Source: Euglena gracilis (taxonomy: Eukaryota). Taken from it: DNA of 64,000 nt. The notes under the pieces are model-generated. The model was not told where the DNA came from, made no database searches, and saw nothing but the letters and a program-made list of their open reading frames with translations. The stretch is from the NCBI GenBank assembly GCA_039621445.1, contig CP154954.1, forward strand, positions 31,644,012 to 31,708,011, read 5' to 3'. Below are positions 21,334 to 33,148 of the stretch, one piece after another; position 1 is the stretch's first letter; each line of letters begins with the position of its first letter. Both the position numbers and the translations under genes were made by a program.

Positions 21334-22405
21334 GAGGGAGGGGGTCCCGAGAGCACCCCCTGCCCGACCCAGTGGCCAACGGAGTCAGAACCCCCGGAGG
21401 ACGATGGGGGGGGGAACCATGCGGGAAGCAGGGCTGTGGGTGAAAACCCTAACGGCAGGTTTCGGGTTCACCTGTGAAAACCCCACCCTGTGACCAGAAT
21501 GGTGTGGTCAACGGGAGGCATCCGGCGAACCTTCCCGAGGGAGGGGGTCCCGAGAGCACCCCCTGCCCGACCCAGTGGCCAACGGAGTCAGAACCCCCGG
21601 AGGACGATGGGGGGGGGAACCATGCGGGAAGCAGGGCTGTGGGTGAAAACCCTAACGGCAGGTTTCGGGTTCACCTGTGAAAACCCCACCCTGTGACCAG
21701 AATGGTGTGATCAACGTGATAGCCTTCCCGGAGGGAGGCATCCGGCGAACCTTCCTGGGGGAGGGGGTCCCGAGAGCACCCCCTACCTGACCCAGTGGCC
21801 AACGGAGTCAGAACCCCCGGAGGACGATGGGGGGGGGAACCATGCAGGAAGCAGGGCTGTGGGTGAAAACCCTAACGGCAGGTTTCGGGTTCACCTGTGA
21901 AAACCCCACCCTGTGACCAGAATGGTGTGGTCAACGGGAGGCATCCGGCGAACCTTCCCGAGGGAGGGGGTCCCGAGAGCACCCCCTGCCCGACCCAGTG
22001 GCCAACGGAGTCAGAACCCCCGGAGGACGATGGGGGGGGGAACCATGCGGGAAGCAGGGCTGTGGGTGAAAACCCTAACGGCAGGTTTCGGGTTCACCTG
22101 TGAAAACCCCACCCTGTGACCAGAATGGTGTGATCAACGTGATAGCCTTCCCGGAGGGAGGCATCCGGCGAACCTTCCTGGGGGAGGGGGTCCCGAGAGC
22201 ACCCCCTGCCTGACCCAGTGGCCAGCGGAGTCAGAACCCCCGGAGGACGATGGGGGGGGAACCATGCGGGAAGCAGGGCTGTGGGTGAAAACCCTAACGG
22301 CAGGTTTCGGGTTCACCTGTGAAAACCCCACCCTGTGACCAGAATGGTGTGGTCAATGTGATAGCCTTCCTGGAGGGAGGCATCCGGCGAACCTTCCCGG
22401 GGGGG
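21334..22405 (+). repeat. Tandem array of five 203/220 bp units in the 3' region of the LTR element
   Basis: Units start at about 21334, 21537, 21757, 21960, 22180. Long units carry an extra 17 bp (GTGATAGCCTTCCCGGA). Confidence 0.9.
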
Positions 22406-22838
22406 GGGTCCTCGAATGATCAGGCTTTCCCAGCGGGGGAGGCCGCTTGCATGTTGAGCCCTCCCCACGGGGGGGGGGGGATTCGTTGAGAACGGTGCCT
22501 TCCTAGCAGGGGAGACATCTTGAAAATGTGGGGCCCTTTCTGCGAGGAGGTCCGTCAAGACCTCCCAGGGGGGGGGGCAAACGCCAGTGAACGAGCTGTC
22601 CCAGGGGGGGGCAGCCCCTGATGAACAGGTTTTCCCAGCGGGGAGATCGCCTGCATGTGGAACCTTCCCTCCCAGCGGGGGGGGGGGGGGGCGTCCCGGA
22701 AGTGTCCACGTGAAGGTGTCGGTGCTTCGGGCTGACATCAGATTTTTTTTTGGTGGAGTGAGGCAGGTTTCCGGACCCCGCCTCCCTACGGTCGGTTGAG
22801 TGTAGAAGTTTCTGGGAGAAACTTTTTGAGTAGGGGGG

Positions 22839-24130
22839 TGTGGGGGGGTCCGGGAAACCTGCGGGAAGAACACCCACTCCGCTGAAGGGGGGGGTGAGGC
22901 TTCCCGTGGTGAGTCCGCTCATCCCGCGAACAATGTGAAGAGTGAGGAGAATTTGTCCCGCCCCTCCTGAGGTTTGGGGGGGGGGCAGGTCCTTGGGTGC
23001 CTCCGGCCAAGGCGGAAGAAATGTGCCTCTTGGCATCCCCACGGGGGGGGGGGGATTCAAGGCCTGTTTGAGCGCTAAAAAGGGGGGGGAATGTGTGCGA
23101 GGAGTCGCTATGACCGCACATAGCCCCTGCGCATGCCGAAAGGTGAATGACCGTTTGTTTGCAAGCTTGTGCGAGCCAGTGTGTGACCCTGTGGTTGGTT
23201 ATACTGGCCTGTGACCTGGAATGATAGGGGAGAAATATCTTTGCACTTTGGATTTTTCTTCCAGGATGAAAGTTGGGTTCTCACATACGGAATAATGGCC
23301 AGAGTCATTTTCCAGAGTGTGGGACCTGGGGGACAGGGCGCAGGAAGAGAGGAGGGAATGACGCCAAAGGTAGGGAGTGCCTTAGCATAGGCTCCTATCC
23401 TAATCTGTGGCCATGCCTAATCAGTAACCTTCCAATAACCCAGCCAGCACATGTATAAGTGTGAAAAGGGCAGTGGGCAGTATTGGGAGGTGGGGGTTGG
23501 TATGGCGCATAGTCTCATTGAGTTGCCCGCGTTCTGCACATTTGTTTTCGTGTTCCACTTTCCACAGTGGGTTTCCCAGTTTTCCAAGTTTCTCAAACAT
23601 GCAAGTTGTCAAGATTCTTGGACTATGAAACATCATTGAAAGAAGTCAAGGAATTCAATCAAAGACATTGTCAGAAGTTGAAAGTGCGGTAACATTCGTC
23701 GGCTGAACGGTCACTCGTGAACCTTTGTTTTGTTGGTTGCGAAGTCAGGTTGTTTTGCCTGTTTGTTTGGGTTTTGTTTTCCCAACATAGACCTTGGATT
23801 TACCCAGAAACAGTCTTGAAATGTTTCATCCGGGAGGAATGGTGTGGGGTTGGGAAGGAGTCCAGATGGCGGGGAGTTCTTTCCCCCCCCTGGACCTGAC
23901 AAGGGGTTTGGGTAGGAATCAGGGACCTGAGCCAACCCTGGTTTTACCCAGAAGTGACCCAGGTATGTTTGGGGATATGCAAGGGGGGGTATGCATGGAG
24001 CCCGAAGGGATTCGAGTCTATGTTGGATCTCCTGAAACTGAGGTGGGGAATAAAGATCCTACGCCGCCGGAGGCCCATCCCGGGTTCCCCCTCGGGGGGG
24101 CGGACACGGGGTGGGCGTCCCGCGTTAACA
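22839..24130 (+). repeat. 3' LTR (1292 bp)
   Basis: TGTGGG...GCGTTAACA, preceded by PPT GAGTAGGGGGG (22828-22838). Confidence 0.93.
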
Positions 24131-27100
24131 CCACCCTTCGATCAAATTTTTGGGGACCCCTTGGCTCATCAAATGGTAGGTGTGCCGTTGCCGCCCGTAA
24201 AGAATGGGCTTTAAAAACATTTGTGTCAACCCTCCCTTTTCCATAAGGAGTAGAACCTTTTTTGCAATCCTTTCTGAACCCAAACAAAGTCCCGGGTCTT
24301 TCTCGTGGCGGAATTTTAAAAAAAATTGGGGATATCCTTGTGCCAAAAAAGATATGTGACCAGATTTTGCCACACACGGTTCGGGACGTTAAAAGTCTCC
24401 GAAAAACCGCTTTTTGACGTGCAACGAACAAAATACTGATCATTGAAAACGAACAGTCCCCACACTAATGCTTCACAATCAAAACTTCGAATCATTGTTT
24501 TCAAACGCACTTCAAGAATCAACGTTAAACCATCAGGCAGACCTGAGGAACCCTCAAAAACATTGGGGAAGCCAAATGCAGAGGAGGTTGGTTCTCAAAA
24601 TCACTGGGTATTTCCCCTTTTTTTTGGCCTGCTGCACTCGTCTTTTTCCCTGCCTGAGCAACACCGCTCCCCTGGGGTTGGTAGATGCCTGGAGGGCATC
24701 TTCAATCCACGAAATCATGGTTGACAGGGGGATGTCATGTTGGCTTTTAGCTGTCTGATTCCTTTACGGATCGGTGGCGGGCTAAGAAAATTCATCCTTG
24801 AACAATAGTAAAAACGGTTGCCCAATGTGGTGGTGGAATTTTTTTGCCCATCTGGGTTTCTGAAAATTGCCTCCCCATTATTATCAGTGGCTTTTGGACC
24901 TTCAGTGTAGTCAATGTCCCCCACCAATGTTGGGCTGGCCACATTGTTAGACAGACCAGGGCCCTGGCCTGATCCTGTTGACCTTTTTGTAGTGTCCTGC
25001 TGATTACCTCCCAGGGGGGGTTGACCCAACTGAAAAAAATCCCCAGTTCAGGCCCCATCCATTGCCCAGTGACTGGGGGTCCAACCTCTTGGAAGCTGGA
25101 ACACTGGGTCACTCTGCGGGCAGGCTTTGAGTGCACCCCCCCGGACCCCCCCCCCCCAGGGGGGATGGGGGGTCTAGCTAGTCCATTTTTTCCAGTGTCT
25201 AGCCGATTGGCTAGCCAGTACCCCCCCCCCCGGTCCTTAAGCAAATGCCTGCTTGGTACGTGGCGGCAATTGGCGTCTCAAGAAAACAGGGCAGACAGCA
25301 GAGAACATGCGGTACCCCCCCCCCAATTCTCACCCTCAAGCGGGTCATTTGGCGGTCTGTCATAGATGTGTTTGGTGGACGGGCCCCTTCCCTCCAACTT
25401 CACGTTTTTTCAGTGAGACTTTTTGCTGCTGAATGTGTTTTCCCCATCATGCCCGACAGTACTGTTGGCGCATGACCCTCCCCCCTCCCCCCCATGGGGA
25501 TGACTGACTGCTATGCAGTGTCAGACCCGGACTCCCACACCCCCACAGAGGTTGGCCACAGGGGTTGGCCAAGGACTGACCGAAAGTGGTACACCCAGCG
25601 GCGAATGTGCCCGTTTTTTTGGGAGGGGGTGATTCTTCGCCGGGTGTCAGAGAACCCTTTGGGGGGGGGTGGATGGGGGGGTTGGAAATGACTTTCCTCA
25701 AAACGTCACTGGCTGTATTTTTTAAAATGGGCGGTAGGTCGGTGTTGGCTCAACCCCGCAACTCTGCATTGGGGGGTTAACCCCCCCGCCTTCCCGTTTG
25801 GCCTGGAAGCACCTTTGCCTCCAAGCTGCCTGGGAGTTTTCCAAATCCCCCACCTGTGGACTTGCCAAGGCATTTGGGCAAGGAGGGGCCAGACGGCAGC
25901 CCAGCACCAGGAATCAACAAGGATTCCCGACCAGGTTCTTGCTGCATCACTGTTGTGTGGCCAGGCTGACCTTTTTCTCACTTCCTTTTCAGCCTGGTGT
26001 TCTGGACAGGAGGGAATTTCATTTCCATTTTTTTTTTAATTGCAGACTGTGCAATTTTTTTGGGGGGGAGATGACCGAAACAGAATTCCACCTTGGCTAC
26101 TAGAATGCAGATTCAAGTTAAGAAAAGTCACCAATGTGACCAGTTTTGTTTTCAGCCAAAATGTGTTTGGGTACTGTTAAATTTTGTGTAGAGTGTGCTT
26201 GCAAATTGAGAGCAAATTGAGAGCATTTGTTTTTATTCAATTATCCCCAATGTGACCCACCCCAGGGGTGGGTGATGGGTGGGCCCTCCACATTAGCGGT
26301 GGTGTGAGACCTTCTCTGGCCCGGGGGAAAAGTCGCCTGATTCGAATTACCGGACACATACGTTTCAAGTTGGTGAGCCCCCGGAAGCGGGCCTCCCCAA
26401 GCGAAGTTGGACCTCGCTCACCGAGCGAAATTTTCCGCAGGATAGGTACCACCTCCGTCTCGTATTTTCTGTCCCACTCCAGCGTTTCGGTCAGCACTCC
26501 GAGCAATCTGCCCGGGATGGCCTGACGCGCTCCGTGTGGCGCAGAGCCGCCCAGTGGTGGCGGGCGCGGCAACAACGGAAACGGCTGAACCGCACCGCGT
26601 ACGAGAAGCACATGCGGCCCACCACCCGCCTGCCCGGGGGCCTTCGCAATCATGTCATTGGTGGTGCTGGGCCAGGGGGGCTGTTTTGGGGTCCTCCATG
26701 GGTTACAGGTCAAAGGCCGGAAAATTTGGGCTGGCTGGAAAAAGGCTGCCAGCTGCCCCCCCCCCCCCCCACACGGTTCCCCCATACAAACCCCCCCCAT
26801 AGGGGTTCCATGCTGGAACTGGGCTCGACCAGACCAGGGTATTAAGTGGGGGGGGGATTTTGGCAGATGGTGGAGGCAGCAGTGATGGCTACCATATCGG
26901 AGGACAAACACTTTACACGTGCGGAATCTCCATCGGGATTCTGTTTTAGGGCAAGCACGCCGTTTTCCCAATGTCACATGTGGCAAACTGCAGCAAGTCA
27001 GCGCTTGTTTCATTTTTGGGCATCCGCAAATCATCATCATCAAAAACCCTCCTCACCCCTTTAAAAGAGTGTTTGGTCAGTTGGCATTCGCATTCCTGCA

Positions 27101-28720
27101 GCATCTGCATTCAACAGCCAGTTGCCTGGAATGATGCCTCGTGCGACTGATTGCCTCGTGCAAGGATTTTTAATGCGGTTTTTTAAAAAAAGAAAATTGG
27201 GCTTTATTGGCATTTTAAGATTTTTAAGGTGTAAGGTTTTTTTTTAAATTCAACGTTCAATCAGAGGTTTTTTTGTGACCCAGGGGGGGGGGGTGCGTCC
27301 TGGCCGAACCCCGGGGGGGGGGCGGGCCGAGTGGGTACCCTGCTGGAGGCGGGGGTTTCCTCTATTTTCGGCGCAAAGCGCCAATTTTTTTTTCGGACCT
27401 CCAAATTGACCCCCAAAAGTGGGTCCCCGCCCAGCCCCCCCAGGGGATACCAGCGGGTAGGACCGGGGGGGTGTCTGGACCCCCGGTCCTGAAAAATCCG
27501 CGGTTCTTAGGACGGTTCGGACATCGAATGGGGTAAAAAATCGAAAATGTCCAGGAACCCATTTTCTGAGTTTGGGTGGATCGTGATTATTTCGGGGTTG
27601 CTGCAAGCGTTTTTTTCCCCGCCTGAAATTTGCTTGCTTCTGCCAAGATTTCTTTTGCACCTTCGGAGAAAATCCCGCCAGGCCAATTTTTTTTAAATGT
27701 ATTTTGAGGCATTATTAGCCAAACTCTCAAGTTTTTTTTTCTGTTTAAAGGGGCACAAATAAATTATTAAGAAAAATTTCATACGTGGCGCCTGGTGTTT
27801 GATCTGTGTGGCCATGCCGGCCCACTGGCTGACAGGAGGGCCCCTGTCCCTGCTGCTGGTCATCCTCTGCACGTCCTGCGCCATCTGCATTGCAATCGTC
27901 GTCGTGGCCATTGTGCTGATCTGGGAGCAGGTTGTTGCCCGATCAATTCCAGTCACAGGTGAAGTGAAAGCAGAGTTCGTTGTTTGTGTGGTTTGGTGGC
28001 CCCAATGCACGGCGTTGACACTGCCTGCCAGTGCTGCTCCTGCTGTGTGGTCTTTTTGTCGAATCGTCACCTCATCCTGCTTTCAGGGTCGTCTCCCCCT
28101 TATTGCATTTCTTTGGACTCAATTTGGTTCCCCAAAAAGCGCTACAGGACCAGTGGCATTGACATGTCCTGCTTTTTTCAGACAATTCGCCCGGCAGTTC
28201 GCCCCCACCCCCCAGCCAAGAGGGAATGAGTTGGCGCAGGGCCCGGGGCCCGCTGAAATGAATTTGGAACATTGAAAACTTTTTGGACTGTCCTGTTTTT
28301 TGTTCAAAAAAGGCCAAACTTGTGCGTTTGAGGGTTTGACTCAAAATAAGGGTGAATGGATTTGGGCTTTTTTTTTATAGCTCGGTTTCAGGTGCCAGCC
28401 GGGTCCAGTCTGGCAGCCCTGGACCCCCAGTCCTGGTCCCAGGGATTTCCCGCCAGCACCGTTCTCCAGCCTGCCCCGGCCAGGAGTGGCACACACCAAG
28501 TCCCGTCAATCGCACATTTTGAAATGCCGCCACCCGCCTGCTAATCCACACGAGGTTGGGCGTTGGGCCGATCGTGCGGGCATTTGGGCGCCGCACGGCG
28601 ATGCCCTGGTGCCAACTTCAGTGTCGACAATGTCCTCAGCCTGATGAAGCGGGTCGTGGACCTCATGCGCGAGGGCATGAACCAGGAGGGGTTTTTTTTC
28701 CCTTTGCACTCACTTTGCAC

Positions 28721-28948
28721 TCTGTTCTGTTCGCTCACAACTGTCTTGAGTTGATTGCCCAAGGCTTGGATGCCTTATCTTCATTGCCTGGGTTGAATTT
28801 GGAAGTAAACACTCAAGAGTGGGATATGGCAGCGCCTGGAGGAATATCAGGAAAATTGATGAACTGGATAAGGAAAAGTTCAAGAACCACCCAGGGGCGC
28901 CGGGGTCGCAGGGAATCAGGGTTAGCAGCCCCGGTGTTCCCCTCTCAC
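28721..28948 (+). repeat. Dispersed repeat fragment; diverged second copy at 33850-34078
   Basis: Shared CTCTGTTCTG..GCTCACAACTGTCTTGAGTTGATTGCCCAAGGCTTGGATG...GGAATCAGGGTT. Confidence 0.85.
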
Positions 28949-29718
28949 AATCAACTCAAATGTTGTGTCGTTGGTAACATGCCTGAGGTCCAGATGGAAG
29001 ATCACGAAAGGAAGAACCAAGAAGTAGGCAACACATTATCGCCGGCACACGCTCAGACGGAGGTGTGTGAGTCATTGGAGGAAGAAGCAAAAGATATCAA
29101 TTTTCAGTTTTACATTACATTTTGGGAAGGGACGTGGAAGATGAGATGTCATTGGAGCCCACCCCCACCTGTGTTAAGGCCGGTGTGGCAATGGCAGCTG
29201 GGGTAGCTGCAGGCCCCAGTGCCTCTGGGTCCACGGCCAGTGATGGAGTTGAATCTGGGGTTGTCCACCCCGTTATTGGACACCGTGAACCTGGTGCTGA
29301 CGAGGCGGATATGGACATGATCGATGTACTGGGTACTGGGGTCACCTGTGCTTCGGCCGGTGTCCCAGCTGCAGAAGTACATGGCGCTGGGAGGACAACA
29401 TCCTGTTCACATGGCAAGGCCCCCGCCTGTGCTTCGGCCGGCGGATGGGGCGATTCAGCCCGGTCATTGGCTGATGACAAGGGTGGTCTTTCAGGTTTAA
29501 CAATTGATGACCTGGGTGATTCTGCGGGATTTCCAATTGTTTGGGAAGGATATCGCAATTACAATTTGCTGTGTTCAAAGGATTTCAGTTCTGGAAATTC
29601 TGCCTGTGTCTCGACCGGCAGAAAAATTTCTAGGGTAGTGCTGCGGCCACCCCTTTTTGGCGGAGTCCTTTGGCCAAAATTTCCCCGACAGACAAGAGGA
29701 AATTGCGGAAAGCCAAAT

Positions 29719-29998
29719 GGCAGCTCGAAACTACTGGCCCCCCCGGGGAGGGGGGCAGTAGTTAATCCGGGGGGTCAAAATAGTTTTTCTGCGTTAATGA
29801 TGGAATACGGTTAGGTGCACGACTTAGGCTTAGGGTTAGGCCTAACTTGTACACCGAACACCCGTCTATGATTTAGGCCTAACCCTAAGCCTAAGTCGCG
29901 CACCTAACCCTATTTCATCATTAACGCAAAAAAAATATTTTGACCCCCCGGATTAACTACTGCCCCTCCCCCCGGGGGGCCCAGTAGTTTCGGGCTGC
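29719..29998. mobile_element. Fold-back MITE, same family as 41181-41467
   Basis: About 125 bp TIRs starting GGCAGC.CGAAACTACTGG with inner TTAGGC/TTAGGG motifs. TSD not preserved. Confidence 0.85.
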
Positions 29999-30303
29999 TT
30001 GTCCCTCGATCCTTGGACAGTTTTTTCATACCGCGGTGGGCTTTGGCCTCGGACTGGGGACGGGGGGGACAGCGGTTTGCTGAACCCCGTACACATTTTT
30101 GACCCAGTGACCTGCGCCCCTGAGGGGAGGGGACACAGCCGTTTGCTGACCCCTGGACAGTTTTTTACTTCCTGGTGGGCTTCGGCCTCGGACTGGGGAG
30201 GGGGGGGGACAGCGTTTTGCTGAACCTCGGACAGGCAGTTTGTTTTCGATCTGGTTTGTTTTCTTGGGGAGTGTGTTTCCACCCTCCTAGCAGAGAGGGC
30301 AGG

Positions 30304-33148
30304 TGTGTCCGCAGCCTTTGAGGTGCTGAGTGCAGTGGAGATCACAGAGTGGTGCGCTGACGTGCCAAGACTGGGAGTTAAGACTTGCCTTGTGTAATTA
30401 GGAACTCCCATCTGTATATTTTTTCTGTACAGTGGCAATCAGCGTACTCCTTTGTCATGTTTGCCTGTCCAAGTGATTTTGGATTGCTCTGCCCTCTGGT
30501 ATAATTTTGGAATTTGAAGTGAGCTCCGCAGCAAGATGGGGAAAAAGTCAAGGGCCAGAAGGGCTGAAGTGCAAGAAAAAGAATGGAGGCCCCCCAGGGG
30601 GAAATCGCCACACCCCCTTTTCACACAAAGGAGTATGAGCATTGCGGAAGATAACATGTCTGGGGATGAGACAGAAGGACATGCACAAAGAGGCGCTGGA
30701 GCCCGTGGACATTCAGAAGGTGTCATTGCACGTGTTGGCATTGTGCGCAGAGTGATGCTGGAGGAGGAAGTGGATCTGGAAACTCTGGCTGATCTACATT
30801 CCAGTTCTGGTCATGCTGCTGGAGGCCATGCTGATCTACATTCCAGTTCTGGTCATGCTGCTGGAGGCCATGCTGGTCTACATTCCAGTTTTGGTCATGC
30901 TGCTGGAGGCCATGCTGGTCTACATTCCCATTTTGGTCATGCTGCTGGAGTCCATGATGGTGGTTCTGGACATTGTGAAGGAGTTGTGCATGCTGCTGGG
31001 GTGCATGCCGCATCTGGGTCTGGGGATGCAATTGTTGGTGCTGGACATGCTGCGAAGGGACATGGTCGTGTTGGACATTCCAGGAGCGCCCGTGGCAGGG
31101 GACGTCCAAGGGGGCAAGCCCGAGGCCATGATGCCAGACATGGAGATGGTGGTGCACAGGGAAATGCAGTTGAGGCCGGTGCAGGCCATGCCAGTGTACG
31201 TCATGTGTAATGCAACACAGAGCAGCAAGAGGAGGCCGCAGACAAGTGGTTGGACCAGGGTGTATGGGTTGCCAGCACCCATCAGGGCGAGGGGGCCTGG
31301 TTGTGCCTGCGGCTGGAGACAGATGTGCGGCAAAGGCTGCAGGCCAAGCCGCAAGTGACGGTGGTGCCTGTGAGCGTGGAAGAAGCAGGTGAAGAACGTC
31401 TAGTGGAAGTGCTGAGGAAGACACCAGGGAGAGAGTTGGTGGTGCTGCTGCCAGATTGTCAAGGGACCCCTCTGTGGGATGAGGTGCAGAGGTATGCAGT
31501 TCGAAGACACTATTATCCCCAGTGGACAAGACTCTTTCACAGCAAAGCCCCCTGTGGCTACTGGGCAGTACTGCTAGACCGGAGCCGACGAGGGGAAAAG
31601 AAGGCGATGACCGAGGCAGACAAGTGGATGGAGCTGGACGAGGAAGGGGTGCCCCACTGGACAACATCGGCAGCAAGGAGACGAAGGAGAAGGAAGAGAC
31701 AGTGGGCAGAGGAGTGAGCCCGTTGGGGTTGATGGTGCCAGCAATGGCTGCCCCCCCTTTTTACCCTTGGTGACCTGTGGGCATGTGGCGCCCTGGATAG
31801 GCTGCCCCCCACCCCGGTTTGGGATGGGCCCAACCGAATTTTATTCAATCGCAGGCGAGGCTGTGGGCAGGTGGCGCCCTGGTGAGGCTGCCCCCCACCC
31901 TGTAAGGGCCGATTCACGGGCCGAGGCGCCATGGTGGCTGCCCCCCGCATTTTTATGGTCAATCGATGTGTCTCACGTGGGCCTGAGGGCGCCCTGCAGG
32001 GCTGCCCCCCCCCACACCGGCTTGGGTGGACATTCCCAGCCGAAGTTCGGGGAGAAGAAAGGCAGACTAAGGCGACATTTCCCTTGTTGGCGTGCCTTTC
32101 AGACTTTCGTGTGATCTTCCTTCTGTTTGCGGTCCTAGCCGAAGAGGGGGACTGGGGTTGGCGAAGAACTAACTACCAGCCGCAAAGGACAGTGGGAATG
32201 AGAGGTGACATTTAACTACCAGCCGCAAAGGACAGTGGGAATGAGAGGTGACATTTGGGAGGTGAGGTGGGCGCAGAAGCTGCCCCCCCCCCCGTGGACA
32301 GTTGGGCGCTTGGGGTAAGCTGCCCCTCCACAGATGAGGGTTTGTCCGGGTGATTCAATGTATGCTTTTGATTTTGGGAGGTGAGGCGGGCGCAGAGGCT
32401 GCCCCCCCCCCTGTGGAGCGTCGGGCGCTAGGGGAAGCTGCCCCGCCACAGGTGATGATTCGTTTAGTGGCCATTTTTTTATTACGGGGAGGCGAGGTGG
32501 GCGCAAAATGTGCTGCCCCAGCCCCTTGTGGATGGTTGGGCGCTCAATTAGGCTGCCCCCCCACGTTTTGGGTGTTTTGCAGGGTTGAGGCGCCCTTCAA
32601 AGGCTGCCCCCCAAGCGGGTGACTGGGCGCTCCGCAGGCTGCCCCCCCGACAGTGGATTTTTCGCTGGGTTGACGGTTTTGGGTGGCGCCCCCAGGAGAG
32701 CTGCCCCACCGTTCGGGAAAAGACGGTTTTCGGCGGCGCTCCGGGGGGGGCTGCCCTACCGTTCGGCCCGCAAAGGCTGCGACAAGGAGTCGTTATAGCT
32801 TCTGGGAAGCTTTTTGGGAAGGGGAGTGTGTCCGCAGCCTTTGAGGTGCTGAGTGCAGTGGAGATCACAGAGTGGTGCGCTGACGTGCCAAGACTGGGAG
32901 TTAAGACTTGCCTTGTGTAATTAGGAACTCCCATCTGTATATTTTTTCTGTACAGTGGCAATCAGCGTACTCCTTTGTCATGTTTGCCTGTCCAAGTGAT
33001 TTTGGATTGCTCTGCCCTCTGGTATAATTTTGGAATTTGAAGTGAGCTCCGCAGCAAGATGGGGAAAAAGTCAAGGGCCAGAAGGGCTGAAGTGCAAGAA
33101 AAAGAATGGAGGCCCCCCAGGGGGAAATCGCCACACCCCCTTTTCACA
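30304..33148 (+). mobile_element. Young non-autonomous LTR retroelement (2845 bp), putatively self-priming
   Basis: Apparently identical 322 bp LTRs TGTG...CACA (30304-30625, 32827-33148), TSD CAGG, PPT GGGAAGGGGAG (32816-32826), no TGG tRNA PBS. Confidence 0.92.
30635..31717 (+). pseudogene. Internal ORF with His/Gly repeats and a C-terminal adenine-MTase-like half domain; one in-frame TAA at 31208-31210
   Basis: Track ORFs 30536-31210 and 31250-31717 share a frame with a single stop between them. Four 42 bp repeats (ADLHSSSGHAAGGH). RLVEVLRK..LVVLLPD..PLW..YPQWTRLF..YWAVLLD pattern. Confidence 0.55.

Larger units (their letters stand above)
15907..24130 (+). mobile_element. Young non-autonomous LTR retroelement (8224 bp, no recognisable pol)
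   Basis: Near-identical TG...CA LTRs 15907-17199 and 22839-24130, 4 bp TSD CCAC, PBS directly after the 5' LTR, purine tract before the 3' LTR. Confidence 0.93.

Noticed and set aside
28560-28690. Host exon (NFSVDNVLSLMKRVVDLMREGMNQE)
   Set aside because: Codon-like but isolated; no splice partners or family identified.
30723-31676. 317 aa antisense ORF with QHGLQQHDQNWNVD repeats
   Set aside because: Shadow of the 42 bp repeat and GC-rich sense ORF, with no independent support.
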